Assembly: GCA_039189765.1 (NCBI GenBank)
Contig: JBCCYL010000029.1
Location: 6,494-70,493 of the forward strand
DNA length: 64,000 nucleotides
Source: Cyanobacteria bacterium P01_F01_bin.150
GTDB lineage: Bacteria; Cyanobacteriota; Cyanobacteriia; CAKZMO01
Reading direction: 5' to 3'
Position numbers and translations under genes: made by a program. Within the stretch, counting starts at the first letter, position 1. Every line of letters starts with the position of its first letter. This document shows, piece after piece, positions 57,842 to 64,000 of this stretch. The notes below the pieces were generated by a model. It was not told the DNA's origin. It did no database searches and saw only the letters and a program-made list of their open reading frames with translations.

Positions 57842-58188
57842 GGTGAAACACTTCCCTCATCAGTGAACATAAATACAGAATCACTACGGGTATGGAGCAC
57901 TGTAAAAATAAAAGCCAGGGGCGCAATCAATCAGGCTAAAAGGTCAGTGCCTAGCACATAATCCGCCGATTGCCAAAATAATTGTAAATCAAAAATCCCT
58001 AGAAAACTGATAGTGCAAAGTCCGCTCAGCACAAATCACAAACTTTAGTTAAGATCCTGTTAAGTGCTTTCAGTCGATGAATGTTAACCCAATAGTTGGG
58101 TTAAACGCAATAGTGAGGTTCACTATATGCAACTACATTGGTACGCGCTTATGATTTGAAGACATGGATATTGTAGTACCTTAATACA

Positions 58189-58839
58189 TTGACAGACTCT
58201 CATTTATCAACCCGTCCTATTATTCTTGGTATTACAGGAGCATCAGGATTAATTTATGCGGTTCGCGCCATCCATCATCTCCTTAATGCTAATTACACGG
58301 TCGAGTTAGTCGCTTCAAAGTCAACCTACATGGTGTGGCAGGCGGAGAAGAGCATTAGTATGCCGGGAAACCTTAACAAGCAGGAACAGTTTTGGCGATC
58401 GCAAGCTAACATTCCTGATGAGCAGCCTGGTAGAGGCATATTACGATGCCACCCATGGTCAGATGTGGGAGCAACCATCGCAAGTGGTTCCTACCGGACG
58501 TTGGGAATGATAGTGATGCCATGCAGTATGAGCACGGTAGGAAAATTAGCGTCGGGTTTAAGTGGTGATTTACTAGAGCGCGCAGCGGATGTCCAGCTTA
58601 AAGAAGGTCGAAAATTGGTGCTTGTCCCCCGTGAGACGCCTTTAAGTCTGATTCATTTACGAAATTTGACGACCTTGGCGGAAGCAGGAGCACGGATTGT
58701 TCCAGCGATTCCAGCTTGGTACCATAATCCTCAATCTGTCGAAGACTTGGTAGACTTTGTAGTTGCTCGGGCATTGGACCAATTGGATATTGATTGTGTG
58801 CCGTTGAATCGTTGGGCTGGCCATCGAAACCGTAGATGA
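58189..58839 (+). CDS. ubiX: Flavin prenyltransferase
   Basis: GITGASG, IASGS, PCSMST, RAADVQLKEGR, PRETP, PAWYHNP. Confidence 0.95.
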   Translation: MTDSHLSTRPIILGITGASGLIYAVRAIHHLLNANYTVELVASKSTYMVWQAEKSISMPGNLNKQEQFWRSQANIPDEQPGRGILRCHPWSDVGATIASGSYRTLGMIVMPCSMSTVGKLASGLSGDLLERAADVQLKEGRKLVLVPRETPLSLIHLRNLTTLAEAGARIVPAIPAWYHNPQSVEDLVDFVVARALDQLDIDCVPLNRWAGHRNRR

Positions 58840-60161
58840 AGATTCAAAAGCTATTACTGCCTACCCTTGTACTGGTTGGTTTAGTTATTTTTACCGCTGA
58901 AAACTGGTCTCCTGCTGTTCCACTGATCCTCTTTGGCGTAAAAACAGGTGCGTTACCTCTCTCCTTATGGGTAATTGTAGCTGGACTAATGGGAGTCTTA
59001 ACGACGCTAGTGATTGCTTTTTGTCTGCGCCTGTTAAGCAACGATGACGATCGCCTTCCTAAACGCTCATCTTCACAGACATCTCGGCCTCCTCATTCAC
59101 CACGACCACGACCGCCTCGCCAGCCAGATCGGCGTTCCAATGATGAACCGTTGGAGATGGAAGACTGGGAGGAATTTAGTCGGCCTCGTGAGGATTGGGA
59201 AGACTGGCGCAAGTCCAGATCTGTGGTGAAAGAAGTGGCCGCTGACCAACCGATTGCCTCTGGATCAAGGTTTGGGACGATCTTTGAAAATAAGGCTTCT
59301 GATGCGCATTCTGCTGACTCTGATGTATCCGCTCATCCACAGGTTGCGGAAGAATATGTTACGCCCCAAGACGATGTTGGCCGTTATGGTCGCGATGGCC
59401 AAGATGGATATGTCTCAAATAAATATGCATCCTCGAACAATGAGGGAATTGGTCTCGATACTGCTCAAGCCTATGAAGCTTATGACGATAGAGAGTATGA
59501 GCGCGATCGCAATGACTATGACCGTAATTACAGGTCACAAAGTGATTATGATACGGATGATTACAGGTCCGCTCGTTATTCGCAATCCAGATACGATACC
59601 TCAGGAGACAATCGGGACAATTATTTTGAGGCCGATGATAGGGGCGATCGTTATGAGCAGGATCGCTATGATCGGGACCGCTATGAGCAAGACCGCTACA
59701 ATCAGGCTCCCTACGATCCAGACGTCTATGAAAACAGTCCCTACGACCAATCCCCTTATGACCAAGGACGTTATCGGTCTGGCTATCAAGATACTTATCA
59801 GGACAGCTACCAAGACGACTATGGTCAAACTCCCTACGAGAGCGACGGTTCCTATGACAGGGGCAGTAGTTCGTACGCCTATGATTCATCATCAGATGGT
59901 CAATCAAATCAGCCAAGCAGTGAGCAATACATCATGGATTATGGTGATGAGGCTGCTCTAGATGCATTTGATGCAGAATTAGATGCACGGTCCAAGTCTT
60001 CTAAGAATGCATCGCAAACCAAAGCTGACTCTGGGGCTGAGCAAACATCTCGTGGAGGGCGTTATCGATGGAAGAATCCCTTTAATACTCAAGCTAAACG
60101 AAATCGAGATGTCGTGTCAGATGATTTAGATTTAAGCAGTTTAGATGACTGGGACGAGTAA
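58836..60161 (+). CDS. Two-TM (LapA-like) protein with long D/Y/R-rich low-complexity tail
   Basis: N-terminal TM-EN-TM pattern; ATGA overlap with ubiX; DRYEQ/YDQ repeats; ends DDWDE. Confidence 0.8.
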   Translation: MKIQKLLLPTLVLVGLVIFTAENWSPAVPLILFGVKTGALPLSLWVIVAGLMGVLTTLVIAFCLRLLSNDDDRLPKRSSSQTSRPPHSPRPRPPRQPDRRSNDEPLEMEDWEEFSRPREDWEDWRKSRSVVKEVAADQPIASGSRFGTIFENKASDAHSADSDVSAHPQVAEEYVTPQDDVGRYGRDGQDGYVSNKYASSNNEGIGLDTAQAYEAYDDREYERDRNDYDRNYRSQSDYDTDDYRSARYSQSRYDTSGDNRDNYFEADDRGDRYEQDRYDRDRYEQDRYNQAPYDPDVYENSPYDQSPYDQGRYRSGYQDTYQDSYQDDYGQTPYESDGSYDRGSSSYAYDSSSDGQSNQPSSEQYIMDYGDEAALDAFDAELDARSKSSKNASQTKADSGAEQTSRGGRYRWKNPFNTQAKRNRDVVSDDLDLSSLDDWDE

Positions 60162-60626
60162 ATGCCTAAAATCCTCTATCTTGCCAATCCTTATGGCTTT
60201 TCAGATCAACAGCAAAAACTGTTATTGCCTCCCATTATCAGGGTTCTAGAGAATTTGGGAGCAACTGTTTGGGAACCTTTTAGCCGTAATAATCAACTTG
60301 ATATGGCAAAATCCGGTTGGGCCTACCAAGTCGCCCAGGCTGATGTACAAGATGTACGGGATTGTGATGGCATATTTGCTGTGGTAAACGGGACGCCTCC
60401 TGATGAAGGGGTAATGATCGAAGTGGGCATGGCGATCGCCCTCCAAAAGCCTATTTTTCTATTTCGAGATGATTTTCGCCGCTGTTCCGATAGCGAACAA
60501 TATCCTCTGAATTTAATGGTGTTTGCTGGTTTGCCCGAAGCAGACTGGGAACAGTACTATTACACGTCTACGGCTGAAATTTTGTCGCCCTGTAAAGCCC
60601 TATATAAATGGTTGGGCAATGTATAG
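60162..60626 (+). CDS. Nucleoside 2-deoxyribosyltransferase family protein
   Basis: LYLANPYGF, D..DV..CD, PDEGVMIEVGMA, NLM. Confidence 0.88.
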   Translation: MPKILYLANPYGFSDQQQKLLLPPIIRVLENLGATVWEPFSRNNQLDMAKSGWAYQVAQADVQDVRDCDGIFAVVNGTPPDEGVMIEVGMAIALQKPIFLFRDDFRRCSDSEQYPLNLMVFAGLPEADWEQYYYTSTAEILSPCKALYKWLGNV

Positions 60627-60848
60627 GATGCAAATCGGACGTCATATGACGACCCTACAAGGATTGGTTAAAATTAACCGGCAGGGTTCTACATCGCAAC
60701 CATGTTTTTCAAACGTGTAGGCTAAAGATTTTTCGATAACATTTCGTGACCGTATTGGAGCGAGTGTTTTGCAATCCTTCAGATATGATGCATTCAAAGT
60801 TAGTTCAAAAGAACTTATGATTAAATCTGTGACGTTACAGGTAACGGT

Positions 60849-62231
60849 ATGATAGTTACGTGGACGACGGAACAAGTGTTGGCTCTAGCTCCCGATTCGG
60901 GTTCGATAAAGCGCGGGAAGTCATTGGCGATCGCCTCCAAATGGCCCCTTTTGGGGCGGTCGGATATAGCCGTGTGGGGAGAATGTAAGGGCAGTGGCAA
61001 AAAGCCTTATCGCACCCAGATTGATTTAAGTGATGCTGCCACTCCAGCATTTCGCTGTAGCTGTCCGAGCCGTAAGTTTCCCTGTAAGCATTCTCTCGGC
61101 CTGTTTCTACTTTTCGTAGAACAAGAGGCGTCGTTTCAATCCGTTTCTGAGTCAGGTGATCCGCCAGACTGGGTTGCTGAATGGTTGGCAAAGCGATCGC
61201 AGTCCGCTGCCCAAAAACAAGAAAAACGCAAGAAAGCGGCCGCGGATCCGGTGGCTCAGGCAAAGCGTGCTGACCAACGAGCTGCCAAAATCGAAGCGGG
61301 CTTAATTGATTTGAACCAGTGGCTAGAAGATATCATTCGCCAAGGCTTAGCGACCCTGCCTCAACAGCCTTACAGCTTTTGGGACCAGGCTGCTGCTCGA
61401 TTAGTGGATGCTCAAGCCCCAGGACTCGCCACTCGAGTGCGAAAGTTAGCCGGTATTCCCCATTCAGGGCACGGTTGGCCGGAACGAATGCTGAAAGCAT
61501 TAGGCAAAATTCATCTTTTGGTCCAGGGCTATCAGCATCAGCAGTCTTTACCGCCTGCCCTAAGAGCGGAAGTGCGATCGCAACTGGGCTGGTCTCCCAC
61601 CCAAGCTGAATTGCGATCGCGGCTAGAGCAGTCTAACCCGTTAGTGTCTTGTATTACTGATGACTGGTACGTTCTTGGCAAATACGTGATCGAAGAAGAC
61701 AATCTAAAAACTCAGCGGGTTTGGCTTTGGGGAGAAACCAGTCAAACCTCTGCCCTTGTCTTGACTTTTGCCCATGGTCGTCAGCCTTTAGATATTTCCT
61801 TATCTCCTGGAACCTGTGTTCAAGGGAATTTGATATTTTATCCAGGCACTGGCATCCAACGGGCAGTTGTTGAGTCTCTCCAAGAGGCTAAACCATTTTC
61901 CCGATTGCCGTCTAAGGCATTCCATCCCTCCATAGATCGAGCCATCTCCCATTACGCAACGATGGTGGGCCAGAATCCATGGGGCGATCGCCTGCCTTTA
62001 AGCGTGGCCTCTGTTATCCCTCGCGATCAAGACAACCAATGGTGGTTAATTGACCATCAGCAAAATGTGCTACCAATTGCCTCCAATTTCTCCCAGGGTT
62101 GGACTTTATTGGCAATCAGCGGTGGGTATCCTTGTACCGTTTTTGGCGAATGGGATGGAGCCGCATTTCTTCCCTTGAGTGTATGGGCACATGAGCGAGG
62201 GAATGGCCCGCAATTTTTCTTATTTTCCTAA
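60849..62231 (+). CDS. SWIM zinc finger protein
   Basis: WGECKGSGKKPY, CSCPSRKFPCKH, RLVDAQAPGLA. Confidence 0.9.
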   Translation: MIVTWTTEQVLALAPDSGSIKRGKSLAIASKWPLLGRSDIAVWGECKGSGKKPYRTQIDLSDAATPAFRCSCPSRKFPCKHSLGLFLLFVEQEASFQSVSESGDPPDWVAEWLAKRSQSAAQKQEKRKKAAADPVAQAKRADQRAAKIEAGLIDLNQWLEDIIRQGLATLPQQPYSFWDQAAARLVDAQAPGLATRVRKLAGIPHSGHGWPERMLKALGKIHLLVQGYQHQQSLPPALRAEVRSQLGWSPTQAELRSRLEQSNPLVSCITDDWYVLGKYVIEEDNLKTQRVWLWGETSQTSALVLTFAHGRQPLDISLSPGTCVQGNLIFYPGTGIQRAVVESLQEAKPFSRLPSKAFHPSIDRAISHYATMVGQNPWGDRLPLSVASVIPRDQDNQWWLIDHQQNVLPIASNFSQGWTLLAISGGYPCTVFGEWDGAAFLPLSVWAHERGNGPQFFLFS

Positions 62232-62295
62232 AGATGTTGGGCTTCAGAATATCTGGTATCCCGTCTGAAAATACAAGTCAAAGAGGAGAATTCAA

Positions 62296-64000
62296 ATGGA
62301 GTGGTGGCAAACATTAGTTAGCACGGCATTGCTAGGAACAGACCGACAGCCACCAGACGTCGTCACCGTGCCAGAAAGGCCGACTGAAGACAAACCGTTA
62401 GTCACATCTATTCAAAACTTGCAATGGGATAAGCCTGCTCAAGCGCTGTTGGCGGCAGCAGGTGCTGTCACTGTCCATCATCAGGTAGGGCAACGACCTC
62501 AATCTAAGCCATGGGAAACACTCAAGCCCTGCCCCACAGACGATTTACCCTGCTGTACGGCTCAAATTGGCCGCTATGTGCAGCGATGTCAGGGGGAATA
62601 TGCTGAGGTCCTGCCAGAATTACTCACCCTAATTGCCCAACAGCAGCAGCGGGTGCCAGAGACCTTACTGCCGGAACTCCTGGAGATGGGGGCACGCAGT
62701 ACAGCCTTACGCCCCTTTATCCTAGAGGTATTAGGGGGTCGCGGTCAATGGCTTGCTGCTCAAAATCGAGTCTGGGAGTATGGTGCAGGAATTGCACTAA
62801 AGGGTGCCGATTTTTGCTCCGATGCTGTACAAGATCTGTGGAACCATGGAAATCGGCAAGAACGGGTTAGCTTGTTACGGCAATGGCGGGTGACAGATGC
62901 CTGTGAGGCGAGGGATGCACTGGTACAGACGTGGGCTGGAGCATTAGCCAAGGATCGGGAAGCATTTCTTCAGGCGTTAACTCCTCAGCTCTCCATGGCC
63001 GATGAACCTTTTTTGGAAACTGTCCTGGACGATCGGGCCAAAGGTGTGCGGCAATGTGCGATCGCCCTTCTCCACCAGCTTCCTGAGTCCCGACTGTGTC
63101 AGCGCATGGCCCAACGCATCAAACCGTATCTTCAGATTCACGATTATCCCCAGACAGGGGTCACGATTGAAGTTGAATTGCCAGATAACCATAAGTCTGA
63201 GTGGGAACGAGATGGCATTGTCCAACTCCAATCCAATCCGCATCAGTCTCAAAAGCGGCGTAGAAATCAGGCTAAAAAGCGGGGTAAACGAGCTGGATGG
63301 CTTTGCCAACTTCTTGCCGGTACACCCTTGAATACCTGGATGCATCTGGAGACTAACAATGCTGAACGTAAATCAGATATCAAAACTCTAGCTCTGATTA
63401 TGCAAGCCATTAAGGGGCATCAATGGCAGGATGTTTTAATTACAGGATTGGCGATCGCCACTCAACGCCAGCAAAATACCCTGTGGGCCAATGCCTTTGT
63501 AAAGCACTTTGGGCTACAGCAACTGAATGCTATGGATCCTCAACTTTATCCAAATCTGCGAGTACTGCTTGGCTTCCAGCAACAGGAAGAGCTGCTGCGC
63601 CAATGCTGTCCGTCTCTGGCTGAGGATTCGTTTTTGCTCTGGCTACAGCAAGTGGCCCATCGACCCATCCTGAATGTTGATATGGTTTCAGCCTCAGCGT
63701 TAGGCTCAGCGTCAGGGCCAATCCAGAGGTCATGGTCTTTGGACTTTAGCCATTTGATCTGGTCAAAAACAATGGAGCTAGCTCAATCTAAAGACAAACA
63801 GACGATTCAATTGCGACATATGCGATTTTATGAACTGTTCAGCGTTATCGAAGATATGGCACTGACCCTGCATCCAGCCATTACCCCCGATGTGGCGATC
63901 GCGCTGGAACATTTTGCAAATGATTTTCCTGGTCATCAGTGGGAGCGATCGCTAGCAAATTTTTATCGCTGTCTCAATTTTCGCCATGCTATTTATCAAG
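62296..64000 (+). CDS. DUF5691-like protein, truncated by the window end (not in the ORF track)
   Basis: GAGGAG RBS then ATG at 62296: MEWWQTLVSTALLGTDRQPP...LGGRGQWLAAQNRVW...DEPFLETVLDDRAKGVR; the frame appears open to the end; typical neighbour of this SWIM family. Confidence 0.85.
   Translation, partial: MEWWQTLVSTALLGTDRQPPDVVTVPERPTEDKPLVTSIQNLQWDKPAQALLAAAGAVTVHHQVGQRPQSKPWETLKPCPTDDLPCCTAQIGRYVQRCQGEYAEVLPELLTLIAQQQQRVPETLLPELLEMGARSTALRPFILEVLGGRGQWLAAQNRVWEYGAGIALKGADFCSDAVQDLWNHGNRQERVSLLRQWRVTDACEARDALVQTWAGALAKDREAFLQALTPQLSMADEPFLETVLDDRAKGVRQCAIALLHQLPESRLCQRMAQRIKPYLQIHDYPQTGVTIEVELPDNHKSEWERDGIVQLQSNPHQSQKRRRNQAKKRGKRAGWLCQLLAGTPLNTWMHLETNNAERKSDIKTLALIMQAIKGHQWQDVLITGLAIATQRQQNTLWANAFVKHFGLQQLNAMDPQLYPNLRVLLGFQQQEELLRQCCPSLAEDSFLLWLQQVAHRPILNVDMVSASALGSASGPIQRSWSLDFSHLIWSKTMELAQSKDKQTIQLRHMRFYELFSVIEDMALTLHPAITPDVAIALEHFANDFPGHQWERSLANFYRCLNFRHAIYQ

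Larger units (their letters stand above)
1..64000. repeat. HIP1 octamer GCGATCGC dispersed across the window (cyanobacterial signature)
   Basis: Many copies seen, e.g. 1446-1453, about 3587, 4493, 13032, 17420, 21352, and densely at 60.9-64 kb. Confidence 0.95.

Noticed and set aside
59254-59961. 235-aa alternative-frame ORF and 185-aa antisense ORF
   Set aside because: Shadow frames of the low-complexity D/Y/R repeats of 58836-60161; compositions are Met/Ile/Thr- or His/Arg-biased artefacts.
62760-63733. Several short ORFs in the track near the right end
   Set aside because: Shadows of the long open DUF5691-like frame starting at 62296.

Overview
Chromosomal DNA of a cyanobacterium. The HIP1 octamer GCGATCGC occurs throughout, and sepJ-like and hpsA-like genes suggest a filamentous, motile strain. 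Most of the window is housekeeping: NTRC-type thioredoxin reductase, cobH-like, rlmD, hisZ, suhB, Fed2-type ferredoxin, panC/cmk, hisH, rsmD, moaC, ubiX, two sensor kinases, a degenerate GGDEF regulator, tRNA-Ser(GGA) and tRNA-Arg(ACG). The standout is an accessory block at about 10.1-20.3 kb. It holds an ATPase plus TPR-STAND-TM-WD40 pair that converges on a RiPP locus. The RiPP locus has a GrrM/OscB-type radical SAM/SPASM cyclophane synthase, an uncharacterised HxD...H (Fe(II)/2OG-like) enzyme, and two precursors with signal-peptide-like N-termini whose cores are uninterrupted (W-x-N)4-5-W repeats without the usual Gly spacers. Also present are two families of short MITE-like repeats (7 copies, one with a perfect 8-bp target duplication), a G-quadruplex-capable octamer array, an unannotated 53-aa ORF and a truncated DUF5691-like ORF at the right end. 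All family assignments come from motif recognition by eye; no searches were run.
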